Shown piece after piece: positions 17,222-26,828 of a DNA stretch of 32,000 nt (position 1 is its first letter; the number at the start of each line of letters is the position of its first letter). The position numbers and the translations under genes were made by a program. This stretch comes from Promethearchaeota archaeon (GTDB lineage: Archaea; Asgardarchaeota; Lokiarchaeia; Sigyniarchaeales; Promethearchaeaceae): NCBI GenBank assembly GCA_016933055.1, contig JAFGBS010000004.1, positions 120,001-152,000 on the forward strand. The letters are read 5' to 3'. The notes beneath the pieces are model-generated. The model worked only from the letters and a program-made list of their open reading frames with translations, made no database searches and had not been told where the DNA came from.

Positions 17222-18160
17222 ATGACGGAAAGAAAAAAAGAAGAACAAGTCAAACATGAATCTGAATCTAAAGAAGATAAAATAGAGGTATCATCACAAA
17301 ACGAAGATGTGCAAGTCGAATCAAAAATGGATATTTCAATTAACCGACCTGATGCTATAGAGCGCGTGGGTGAGGAATCCCTAGAAGAAGATAGAGAATT
17401 AAGTTCTGAAGATATTGAAAATATTGACTCTTTATTAGATAATCTTGAGGAAGATGAAGAGAATTCAATAGAACGAGAATTAGATAAAGAGCAAGACGAT
17501 GAGGTTAAGGTAATATCAGTAAAAGACTTAACCGAAAAGACAATTAAACGTAATACGATTGAAGCTGCTTTATTAGCGGCACAGAGACCAATCTCCATAG
17601 AAGAGATCAGCATTAAATTGGATTTATCAAAAACTGAAATCGAGAAGCTCATACAAGAACTAGCAGAAGACTATATGGATCGAACAACGGCAATCGAAAT
17701 CGTACAAATTGGTGAGGGATATGCAATGCAAATCAAGCCTGAGTATACTGAGAAAATCGTAAAATTTGCCTCGGGAGGTTTAATTCCAAAAGCAGTTATG
17801 CGAACTCTTACCATAATCGCTGTGAAGCAACCTTTATTAAAATCCTTATTGGTAAAAATGAGAGGGAGTACAGCATATGAGCACTGTAAATTTCTAATTG
17901 ACCGTGGATATGTTACATCATATAATAAAGGACGATCAAGCGTTTTGGAAACCACAGATCAATTTGCAGACACTTTTGGGCTATCTAGAGACACCGAAAC
18001 CTTGAAAAAACAACTTATTGATCAATTAGACATTCAAGCTATTGAAGAATCCCCAGAAGAAAACGAGGATTCAGAATCACATTATGAGATTGAAGAAAAA
18101 ACAGAGCTGCAAGAATCAGAATTATCTGATCCTAATGACTTATCAAAGGAAAAAGAGTAA
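17222..18160 (+). CDS. scpB: KITE subunit ScpB with acidic N- and C-terminal extensions
   Basis: IEAALLAAQRPIS, IEIVQIGEGYAMQIKPEY, TLTIIAVKQP, MRG, TTDQFADTFGL. Confidence 0.93.
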   Translation: MTERKKEEQVKHESESKEDKIEVSSQNEDVQVESKMDISINRPDAIERVGEESLEEDRELSSEDIENIDSLLDNLEEDEENSIERELDKEQDDEVKVISVKDLTEKTIKRNTIEAALLAAQRPISIEEISIKLDLSKTEIEKLIQELAEDYMDRTTAIEIVQIGEGYAMQIKPEYTEKIVKFASGGLIPKAVMRTLTIIAVKQPLLKSLLVKMRGSTAYEHCKFLIDRGYVTSYNKGRSSVLETTDQFADTFGLSRDTETLKKQLIDQLDIQAIEESPEENEDSESHYEIEEKTELQESELSDPNDLSKEKE

Positions 18161-18161
18161 T

Positions 18162-19841
18162 CTAATTGTTAATAATCTCAAGTATCTCTTGAATATCCTG
18201 TATATAAACGATTGAGGTTTTTGGACCCCAGAAATACTCCCTTTTATTTTCTAGTATATCAATAATTTCCTCCATAAAATGAGATCGTTTGGTATTTTCT
18301 GGACTTAAAGGAACCTCGTTCTCTTTTGGATACAATATAATAATATAATTATAATTGTCTTGATTTTTTTTCAAATATTCTAACACACTGGACACTGGAT
18401 CAAAAGAAATATTATGCCCTTGTCGAGGTAAAACCCACTCTCTTTGGGAAAAGGGATAAACCCCATATAAATCTAATGGAATCACACCAAAATAAGAAGA
18501 TATTACCATTGGTTCAATATGTTGATGCGACTTCACCAAAATCCCCTCTATCGCTGAAATCAATTCTCTGCCATCTGTAGTATTGAACAAAGTTTCAGTA
18601 TATTCTGGAACGAGTAATAATACAGAATTTTTTGGAATTCGATATTTATGATGTACTTGATTAACCATTCGATAAAAAATTGGTCGGGAAAATGAGACAT
18701 CTCCTTTCAATAGTAGTCCTTTTTTCCTTCCTAAGGGTATATTTTTTTCCAGTTCATTCCAATATTTGGCAATTTTTTCGTATCCTCTAATTAACTTTGG
18801 ATGAGATTGGATTCGTTGTTCAACTAATTCCCATAAGGTTCCTGCTCGGATAGATTCTCGAATAACCTTTAGTTCTCCAAAAGAAATATATAAATTGTGT
18901 TTGGCAATTAATTCAATTCCCTTATTATTCTGAGGTGTTGATAATTTCTTTCTAGATTTGAACAAAGAATTGATTTCTTTTGCACTGTAAGTCGAACAAA
19001 TTGGGCATGAACACGGTAGTTCAGTTAAATCAGCGATGTTACGGGTTCCTTCTAATGTAAAATATCTTCCTTCCTTTGCAAACAAGATATATGCCGCAGA
19101 ATCCATTAAATCTGCTCCTGTAGCAACAGCGAGAGAGAAAAATTGTGGTAATCCCAACCCAAACATATGTAATGGTTTATCTTTTCGAATGTACTTATTT
19201 ACAGTTAAAAAAATGTCAACACATAATTCAAAATCATAATCATTCATAGCTTTTACGATACCACCTACCGCATATACATCATAATCAAGACCATTCATTT
19301 CTTCACAGCATCGTTGTAACAAATCTGGGTATAAAGTTCCGTGAATAGGTCCATACCATGCGCTATTGGGGGAACGTCTTCTTGAAATATTATCTTTTGC
19401 CCGATTTAATGTCTGGATTATCTTATCTTTTGCTTTTTCATAGGAGTCATTTAATTGAACGGGCACGTCTAAAATCACGGGAAAGTCGGATTGAACTTTT
19501 TCTTGAAATAACTCAATTTCTTCTGCGGTAACCTCATTACTGGTTCCATACATATAGTGTTGGAATGCCCCAGAATCAGTTGCAATTAGACCAGGGTAGT
19601 CTAAATACGAATGTAATCCTTTTAACTGAGCCCTCAGCGAGTTCTCTTTATTTCTGAATAAAATATATGCGTTTGTAAAAAGGGCTGATGCTCCAAAATC
19701 TACAAATAATTCTTTCGGTGGTATCAAATTATCAATAGGAGAAACAACCGGCAGTAAATTAGGAGTGATTAAATTTTTTCCATTATGCGAAATTAATCCA
19801 ATCCGTCCTCCAGCATCGAATTTCTTTAATTCGTATTTCAT
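18162..19841 (-). CDS. tgtA: Archaeosine tRNA-guanine(15) transglycosylase
   Basis: GRIG...TPNLLPVV, DSGAFQ, LHMFGLGLP..F.LAVATGADLMDSAAY, Zn site CSCPIC...HNL, WELVEQR. Confidence 0.93.
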   Translation of the reverse strand: MKYELKKFDAGGRIGLISHNGKNLITPNLLPVVSPIDNLIPPKELFVDFGASALFTNAYILFRNKENSLRAQLKGLHSYLDYPGLIATDSGAFQHYMYGTSNEVTAEEIELFQEKVQSDFPVILDVPVQLNDSYEKAKDKIIQTLNRAKDNISRRRSPNSAWYGPIHGTLYPDLLQRCCEEMNGLDYDVYAVGGIVKAMNDYDFELCVDIFLTVNKYIRKDKPLHMFGLGLPQFFSLAVATGADLMDSAAYILFAKEGRYFTLEGTRNIADLTELPCSCPICSTYSAKEINSLFKSRKKLSTPQNNKGIELIAKHNLYISFGELKVIRESIRAGTLWELVEQRIQSHPKLIRGYEKIAKYWNELEKNIPLGRKKGLLLKGDVSFSRPIFYRMVNQVHHKYRIPKNSVLLLVPEYTETLFNTTDGRELISAIEGILVKSHQHIEPMVISSYFGVIPLDLYGVYPFSQREWVLPRQGHNISFDPVSSVLEYLKKNQDNYNYIIILYPKENEVPLSPENTKRSHFMEEIIDILENKREYFWGPKTSIVYIQDIQEILEIINN

Positions 19842-19845
19842 TCAT

Positions 19846-20595
19846 TTACACTCCATTTTTATCTTCATCATTTAAATCCTCAAATTCTAATGGATATGCC
19901 TCACCTACATTATTTTTAAAAAATGAATCTAATGTTCCCTCTTCACTAAGCTCCTGTATCCAATCGATCATCCCCACTTTTCTCAAAACACCCCAATGGA
20001 CTTCTTTATCTGTTGAGAACTGGGAGAAATTAGCACAAATAGTTGCACTTAGTTCGTCAACTCCGTATTCAGACGTGTCAACTTCCAAAATTCTCTCCTT
20101 TGGTAACACTTCTAATAAATTTTGAGTTGATTCAGATAAGATCTCTGCTTGCAGATTTTCAATAATTTTTAAAAATGAATATTGTCTTTGCACTAATCTA
20201 GTTCGTAAAATATTGGGATGACAACGTAAGACAATGCCAATTATATTCTTCCCAATTATATAATCAGTTGCACAGGAGAATTCTTTTTTTATTTGCATAA
20301 AACCATCAAGAATAATATCCACATAATGGGATTCTATTATTATAATGGAGGTATCTGCAAATTCAGTTAAAAATTTAGTCGCTACGACTTTTGCAGCTAT
20401 TTCATTTTTAACTATTTTCCCATCCGTATCATCGTCACTATCAGTATACAATCGATTTTCTACTACAAAATCTCCTAAAGAAAACATCCTTCCATCTAAT
20501 TCCTGCGAGATTTTATGAGTAAGAGAGGTTTTACCAGTACCTGGAGTGCCTGAAATTAAGATTATAAACGGGCAATGGGTTTTTTTCATATTCAT
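19846..20595 (-). CDS. Adenylate kinase 6 / Fap7-like NTPase
   Basis: ISGTPGTGKTS, IIIESH, VLRCHP.IL..RL..R.Y...KI.EN..AE, C-terminal IDW. Confidence 0.88.
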   Translation of the reverse strand: MNMKKTHCPFIILISGTPGTGKTSLTHKISQELDGRMFSLGDFVVENRLYTDSDDDTDGKIVKNEIAAKVVATKFLTEFADTSIIIIESHYVDIILDGFMQIKKEFSCATDYIIGKNIIGIVLRCHPNILRTRLVQRQYSFLKIIENLQAEILSESTQNLLEVLPKERILEVDTSEYGVDELSATICANFSQFSTDKEVHWGVLRKVGMIDWIQELSEEGTLDSFFKNNVGEAYPLEFEDLNDEDKNGV

Positions 20596-20807
20596 GGAAG
20601 TTTTAATTTGATTTTATTAGTAGATAATGGGATTTTCCACCTATATAGTAGAATTTACGTAGAATAAATATGTATTTTATCTTTCTAAAATTGTAAATTT
20701 CCATGATGATGCCCTCAATGTTGAACTTCTAAATTTATTTAGGATAGCAAAATCAATATTTTAATACATAAAACCGGTGATAAGCTACTTCTTACTCAAA
20801 AAAGGGA

Positions 20808-23150
20808 ATGATGATGAGTACACTAACTACTATTGAGGAAATTCAAAAACAACTAACACTGATATTGGGATTCTCTGGAAAAGAAAATTTAGATGTAGGG
20901 GAAATTATTGGTGTAGGGAAACTGACCAAAGAAAAAACCCATGAACTTGTGTTAAAAGTATTGGAATACCTTAAAGCCTATAATGCCATGCTGCGTGATT
21001 ATTCTGGGACGGAAATTTATTCCATCGAATTTGAACTTAAGAACTTCATGCCAAAACGTGAATCTCTAAAACTGTTACCTGAATCTATGATCTTAATTCC
21101 AAGAGAGTATAAAGAAACCAATACCATCATTCTTGCCTTGACTTATACAACTAGTTTATTAGATATGGACAAATCACAAGATTCCGTAGAAAAAATCTCC
21201 AAGTTATTCTTCGAAATATTGGAAATGACTCAACGCCCCGAACTTAATCAGCATGAAAAAACTGCTGTATTAACTAAATTTGCAAAAAGATTTGCACGAA
21301 AGGTTCAAGGAGAGTTGTTAGAACGTTCATGGAATAAGAAATTAATAGGCATAAGAACCGCTTCAGCAGATGATGAAATTAATTTAGAACCTTTTGGAGA
21401 AGTACAATCAAAATATAAGATCAAATGGAACCATACGGAACGGGATATTACCACTGAATCCCCCACTTATCGTAATCTTCAATTCACCCTACCCGATGAG
21501 GAACAGTTAAATCATATGAAATGGCAAATATCTGGTCCTAGTGGGTATTATATCGCTCAAAAAACGATAGATTTGGGAGTAAAGTTATTAAACATCGCGA
21601 ACACGGGGAGTATTAATGAAACTCAAGTCGGAATTGTAAAAACAATTATTGAAGAATTGGACTTTCGACTTGGATCTATTACTCATTTAAGCTCATATGA
21701 AGAAATTTTAATAGAAATCAAGCGCCATTTGCGTGAAATTAAAGACATTTTCATAGAGTTTAATCAAAAATTGGACAGATTCTTGCGATCTGGTTATAAT
21801 GGCAACATTGACGACATAGTTCGAAAGATTAAGGAACTGTTTATTGGCATAGATCCCTCCAAGAAAAAATGCATAGCTGACATTCTTAAAACTCAACTCA
21901 GCATAATTTATGAATGTGATATCAATGACCGAAATCAAGTAAGACTTATGGAAATTTCCCCTTGTATAAATTATTTTTACCAAATGATGGAAGCTTCTTT
22001 TTCGTTGTTAGAACCCAATGTGGAACGTTTTTTATCATATAACCATTTATTAAAACTGTTTTACAGATACGTAGATAATTTAATTGAAGCATTTGAACTT
22101 GAACAAACTCCCGCAAAATCATTGGGAGAAAGATATATCTCTAAATTTGCAGAGCAATTGATAATCAATCTTCATGAACGAATTATAAATAATCCGTTTT
22201 ATGTCCGTTATAACCATCAAATACTTAATGATGAATTCAAAAACATTATTCACACTACCGTGGAAAACTATGTTGATAATATCCCTATCCATCCCGAAGA
22301 TTTAATAAGATTCACAGAAATCATGCTAAATAAATATCGAGATAAAGTACAATCGCATTTAGAGGTTTTAAAATACGCAAGAGGACAATTAGAATTTCTC
22401 CTCAGTTATATTTTGCGATTCAACACATTAAATCGTTTTTTGAACGAACTTGATGAGGATAAGAGTTCACCAACATCTGAAATTTCTTTTCAGTTTTTTC
22501 AATTCTTACGAAAGAGAATAGGTGCTCTAGACATCGAATGGAAACATTACCTCTTGGAACTGATCACTGAATATCAACAATATGTGCGTTCTGTACCAAA
22601 TTTTGAGCTATGGTCGAAGTACCATCATGTAAGTAATCTTGTGGAATACTTGCGCACTTCCATACAAGAAAATATCGAACCGGATCGATTCATCAACATT
22701 TTGGACAGTTATATTGCCAAAATTGAAGATCCATCAGAAAAAGAAATAATGTTGTTAGTGTTTGAGCAATATGAATATAGTTTAGGCATAATAGAAGATT
22801 TTCCAACATATGTAAAACAAAAAATGTTGAAAATATTAACTCAATTGGACTATAAGATGGAATCATGTGCTCCTAAAACTTATCTCCGTCCTGATTTCAT
22901 ATTTTCTCATAATTCCACTATGGATTTATCGCATTTACACACAAAATTGGATTTTTTTAAATTTGTTTATGAATTTGAGCTGAAATATTTTTCAAAATTA
23001 ATTGCACGACCGGTTTGTTTGAAACTAATAAACCGGGACCAGATAGAATATGACCAACCTCTTATCTATAGTATGGATTTCAAGTTTTGGGAGAGTTTCT
23101 ATAAGGTGAGCTTATCAAATAACTGGTTTCAAATCCGATCCAAATATTAG
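20808..23150 (+). CDS. Hypothetical protein (780 aa, predicted mainly alpha-helical)
   Basis: Long ORF with normal composition; no motif recognised. Confidence 0.85.
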   Translation: MMMSTLTTIEEIQKQLTLILGFSGKENLDVGEIIGVGKLTKEKTHELVLKVLEYLKAYNAMLRDYSGTEIYSIEFELKNFMPKRESLKLLPESMILIPREYKETNTIILALTYTTSLLDMDKSQDSVEKISKLFFEILEMTQRPELNQHEKTAVLTKFAKRFARKVQGELLERSWNKKLIGIRTASADDEINLEPFGEVQSKYKIKWNHTERDITTESPTYRNLQFTLPDEEQLNHMKWQISGPSGYYIAQKTIDLGVKLLNIANTGSINETQVGIVKTIIEELDFRLGSITHLSSYEEILIEIKRHLREIKDIFIEFNQKLDRFLRSGYNGNIDDIVRKIKELFIGIDPSKKKCIADILKTQLSIIYECDINDRNQVRLMEISPCINYFYQMMEASFSLLEPNVERFLSYNHLLKLFYRYVDNLIEAFELEQTPAKSLGERYISKFAEQLIINLHERIINNPFYVRYNHQILNDEFKNIIHTTVENYVDNIPIHPEDLIRFTEIMLNKYRDKVQSHLEVLKYARGQLEFLLSYILRFNTLNRFLNELDEDKSSPTSEISFQFFQFLRKRIGALDIEWKHYLLELITEYQQYVRSVPNFELWSKYHHVSNLVEYLRTSIQENIEPDRFINILDSYIAKIEDPSEKEIMLLVFEQYEYSLGIIEDFPTYVKQKMLKILTQLDYKMESCAPKTYLRPDFIFSHNSTMDLSHLHTKLDFFKFVYEFELKYFSKLIARPVCLKLINRDQIEYDQPLIYSMDFKFWESFYKVSLSNNWFQIRSKY

Positions 23151-23162
23151 GAGGAAAAAAAA

Positions 23163-25523
23163 ATGATCGATGGAATAAGAAGACGAGAAACTGCTGAGGA
23201 ATCTGCTGATGTGTTTTTTCAGACAACAAAACGAATAATATCGCATTTTCGACGAGAAGAGGGTAAAAATAAAATTTATGAATTATGTGGAAAAGAAAAC
23301 ACACTCACAAATTTATTAATTGCATCCTCAGTAGTGCAAGCGTTCGATTACTGGGGGATCCACACTAAAGATCCGTTGGATACTAATGTTAGTTCCCTTA
23401 AATTGGACTTAATTGAAAAAACAGAAAAAAAAGAAATCTATAATGAATTTTCCTCCCTCGTTAAAGATACAATCGATTACGAAATCAAACTTTTAGAGTA
23501 TGAAAATTCTTTACTGAAAAAATGTGTAAACACAATCATCACTCTCCAAGGAGAAATACATGATAAAGAACGAGAAGAGATTTCTAAAGCCCTAGAGAAT
23601 CAACTCAATCAAATCCTCTTCAAATTTCCCATAGTATATTTCTATGATTATACAGGAGATCTTTTGGGTATTTCCAAGGAAGTAAGACGAAAAATAATCA
23701 AGGAATCTTCAGCTTTTAAACCTATAGGGAGAGCAATTGAAGAAGAATTAATTGAAGAAGAAAATATCGATCAATATCTAGAATTATCGGTTTTAAATGG
23801 TGTTCAAAGTGAGATGAGAACTAAATTCGAATTTGAGAATGTGAGAGAACTCAAAATTGAAACAATTCCAATGCATCTTATTTTAAACCAAATCTTGAGG
23901 AATCTATTGGAAGTTTTCCCCACTTCAACTTTAGGACTGGAAGCTTTTCAACATGCAATAAAGTTTCGAGAAGAATTAACAGCCAATTTTTCTCAGACCA
24001 ATAAACGAAAACGTGACTATGAATCATTTGAAAAAAATATTTTAGATCTCATTCAAGATGAATTATCCAAGATCAGCATTGAAAAAACAGCCAATTATAT
24101 AATTTATTTTCTTGAATGTTTGTTAGAATACAATTTTAATGAAATAACATCGTTGTTCAATCGGCTTGGAGTTATGGATATTCCCGAATTTGTGAATTTA
24201 TTTTCTGTAGATAAAAAACGAGTCAATCAAATCCTCAAAACCTATGGAATAAACAAAATGGATTTAATCAAAATTGGAAATCCTGTGAATAATCCATTAT
24301 CAAATGCAGAATCTGAGTTAGTTAAAATCAAGCAATCCAATCCCCAACTCCAGAATATTACCTTACAAGATTTATTGGACACAGGGGATCACGAATATAA
24401 TAATGTTATATCGGACATAGCCAGTCGAATTGGTATGAGTACAATAGATCTGCGAAAGTTCTATCATAAAAAATTACGTATCGAACAACGAATTCTCAAT
24501 GAAACCCCAATTACAAACTTATCCTCGATGATTCTTTTCTACGATCATGATGATATCTTATCGAATTTATGCAGAGAAGTGTATTTCCAAATGCTAGCAA
24601 AGATAACTAGGCAAATCAGCAGAATTTTGGAAACTTACAACAAAGTAAAGGAAGATCAATCCCGTTATCTTACTGCCTTAAAAAAATTGCATGAACATAG
24701 TGAAGACCAACAATGGGTGGTAGTAAAAATAGAAGAGTTGATAATTCAACGAATCACAAATCGACAAAAAGAACTAACAACAATCTTTGATGCAGATCGG
24801 GACCCATTCTTGGTGAACGGGTTTATTTTAGCTAGATTTTTGGATACGAAATTATCAGATGCTACAAAAATGTTAGAAACTCAACCCAGTTCCATTTATT
24901 CTGGTATTAAAGAATTACGTCTTCCTTCCGATATGATTTCTCCCATTTCATATAGCTTAGCATACGATTTACTGGAACGTTATAAAATGCTTCATGAGAA
25001 GAGAAAACTACAAGTTGAAGAAGCTAAACGGAGTGAATTTCTCAAAAGAAAACAAATCAAGGACAAAATCAGAGAAGATCAAAATCTGCATACCTTAGAT
25101 TGGATTGAACGACGAGTTACATCAAGCATGATGCGAATTACATCTAAAGGAATCACTCCAACTACATTATATTGGAATGAAGAAAAAGATGGTAAAACAT
25201 GTTCAGAAAATATGAAAAAACATAGTGAGTTAGGTACAAAAAGTACTATGGAGTTATTTACTGATTATTTCTATTTTGCAGTATCATGTATCAAAAAACA
25301 ATGGCCCGAATTCATATTGGATTCTCGAGATTCAATTAAAGATGAAGTTTATGCAATTATTTCTCAAGAATTATCTAAGAGAATAGGAAAAATCCCTACC
25401 GAGGAAGAAATTGATTCGGAAATAATTGAAGGGGAACGTTGGACTATTGCAAATCAATTATCAGACAGGATCGGAAAACAACTAGACAAAGTACTGTATC
25501 AAAAATTCAAAAAACACTTATGA
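23163..25523 (+). CDS. Hypothetical protein (786 aa, predicted mainly alpha-helical, with a coiled-coil segment)
   Basis: Long ORF; AGGAGG Shine-Dalgarno overlaps the upstream stop codon; no motif recognised. Confidence 0.85.
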   Translation: MIDGIRRRETAEESADVFFQTTKRIISHFRREEGKNKIYELCGKENTLTNLLIASSVVQAFDYWGIHTKDPLDTNVSSLKLDLIEKTEKKEIYNEFSSLVKDTIDYEIKLLEYENSLLKKCVNTIITLQGEIHDKEREEISKALENQLNQILFKFPIVYFYDYTGDLLGISKEVRRKIIKESSAFKPIGRAIEEELIEEENIDQYLELSVLNGVQSEMRTKFEFENVRELKIETIPMHLILNQILRNLLEVFPTSTLGLEAFQHAIKFREELTANFSQTNKRKRDYESFEKNILDLIQDELSKISIEKTANYIIYFLECLLEYNFNEITSLFNRLGVMDIPEFVNLFSVDKKRVNQILKTYGINKMDLIKIGNPVNNPLSNAESELVKIKQSNPQLQNITLQDLLDTGDHEYNNVISDIASRIGMSTIDLRKFYHKKLRIEQRILNETPITNLSSMILFYDHDDILSNLCREVYFQMLAKITRQISRILETYNKVKEDQSRYLTALKKLHEHSEDQQWVVVKIEELIIQRITNRQKELTTIFDADRDPFLVNGFILARFLDTKLSDATKMLETQPSSIYSGIKELRLPSDMISPISYSLAYDLLERYKMLHEKRKLQVEEAKRSEFLKRKQIKDKIREDQNLHTLDWIERRVTSSMMRITSKGITPTTLYWNEEKDGKTCSENMKKHSELGTKSTMELFTDYFYFAVSCIKKQWPEFILDSRDSIKDEVYAIISQELSKRIGKIPTEEEIDSEIIEGERWTIANQLSDRIGKQLDKVLYQKFKKHL

Positions 25524-25604
25524 TCTTTATTCAAGGAAATGAACCAAGATGTTTTAAACGAAGAAATCTTGAGTTTTTCATAATTCATTTGGTTGTGACC
25601 TATT

Positions 25605-25916
25605 TTGGCAAATTCTTTTCAAAAATTAATTGATGGAATTAGATCTAATTTATCTCTTATTGTTAAAGGAGTGTTTTCCGGCATCTTTTTAATACTAGGC
25701 CCATTACTTGCTATGTTGGTGAGAATTGGAGAGGCAGATATCGGAATTATCATAACCGTCGGGATGATTTCTGAAGTAATCGGTCTTATGTTATTCTGGT
25801 TAATAATCAGAACCGAATATTTAGCGGGATTAGATCCTGAAGAACGAAAGGCAACTTTCTTTGAAAAAATTCGATCAAAATTATTCAGTAAAGAATCTAA
25901 GAAATCTCAAGAATAG
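25605..25916 (+). CDS. Small membrane protein (two predicted TM helices)
   Basis: Two hydrophobic segments and a charged C-terminal tail; TTG start. Confidence 0.65.
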   Translation: MANSFQKLIDGIRSNLSLIVKGVFSGIFLILGPLLAMLVRIGEADIGIIITVGMISEVIGLMLFWLIIRTEYLAGLDPEERKATFFEKIRSKLFSKESKKSQE

Positions 25917-25930
25917 GAAAAAGGCATCTA

Positions 25931-26764
25931 TCAATAAGGGATGTTTTTAATACCCACAAGATAGGCTACAATATTGGCAATGAGAGCCATACTGGGTGTG
26001 AATATCGCAATAAACACTAACACCGTCAAGAATGTCCAATTTAGAATAACGAAAGGGATGGATAGTAATATGGCAGGAGCAATGAAATCTAATTGATCCA
26101 CACCCCACAGTGGTTCACCTCTGTTTTTATTTAATCGACGTTTTAACCATGAGCCGATAAGATCCCCTACCGCAGCACCATAAGATATTAACACTATCCG
26201 AGGAATCAATCGTAATAGACCGAACCATAGGGTTTCATGCAGTCGTGCACCCGTCATATACACCTTAAAAATGTTCACTGCAACATCAGGAGGAATATCA
26301 AATAATACGTATTCTCTTTGCCCTCCAAAAAATGCAATAATAGTATTTTCAATTCCTTCCCATGTAAAAAAGAAGATAGAATGGATAATCAATGCAATTA
26401 AAATGCCGAAAATTGGTCCTAAGATAAATCCTCGGATGGTTTTACCAGGTCCGAATAAACGATTTCCATCTTCACAAATAATTTCTTTATCTAACGGTTT
26501 TCCTCCTTTACCAAATAATAACATACCAGCATTAGATAAATATGCAGGCATGATCAGAACGATTTGTAAAATTAAAACACAAGTCCAATCATTGAGGTTC
26601 CATATGATATGATAAAACAATAATTGTCCAATAAACAACAATAAGAAGATACCACAAAGCACTAACGCCTTAGTTTTCCACCGTTTCTCTTGTGGATTCA
26701 ATTTACGGGCATTTCTAGTGTTGGCTTCTGAGAAAAATTCGTTATCTTTCATTAGTTCACTCAA
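25931..26764 (-). CDS. carS: CDP-archaeol synthase (CDP-2,3-bis-O-geranylgeranyl-sn-glycerol synthase)
   Basis: PAYLSN, PLD....DGNRLFGPGKTIRGF, GAAVGDLIGSWLKRR, GEPLWGVDQLDF. Confidence 0.92.
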   Translation of the reverse strand: MSELMKDNEFFSEANTRNARKLNPQEKRWKTKALVLCGIFLLLFIGQLLFYHIIWNLNDWTCVLILQIVLIMPAYLSNAGMLLFGKGGKPLDKEIICEDGNRLFGPGKTIRGFILGPIFGILIALIIHSIFFFTWEGIENTIIAFFGGQREYVLFDIPPDVAVNIFKVYMTGARLHETLWFGLLRLIPRIVLISYGAAVGDLIGSWLKRRLNKNRGEPLWGVDQLDFIAPAILLSIPFVILNWTFLTVLVFIAIFTPSMALIANIVAYLVGIKNIPY

Positions 26765-26828
26765 CTGTTTATTTTCTTTGAATTAAATCGAGTAAAAATA
26801 TTTTTGTTTTATAGAAATTATCTGGAAT

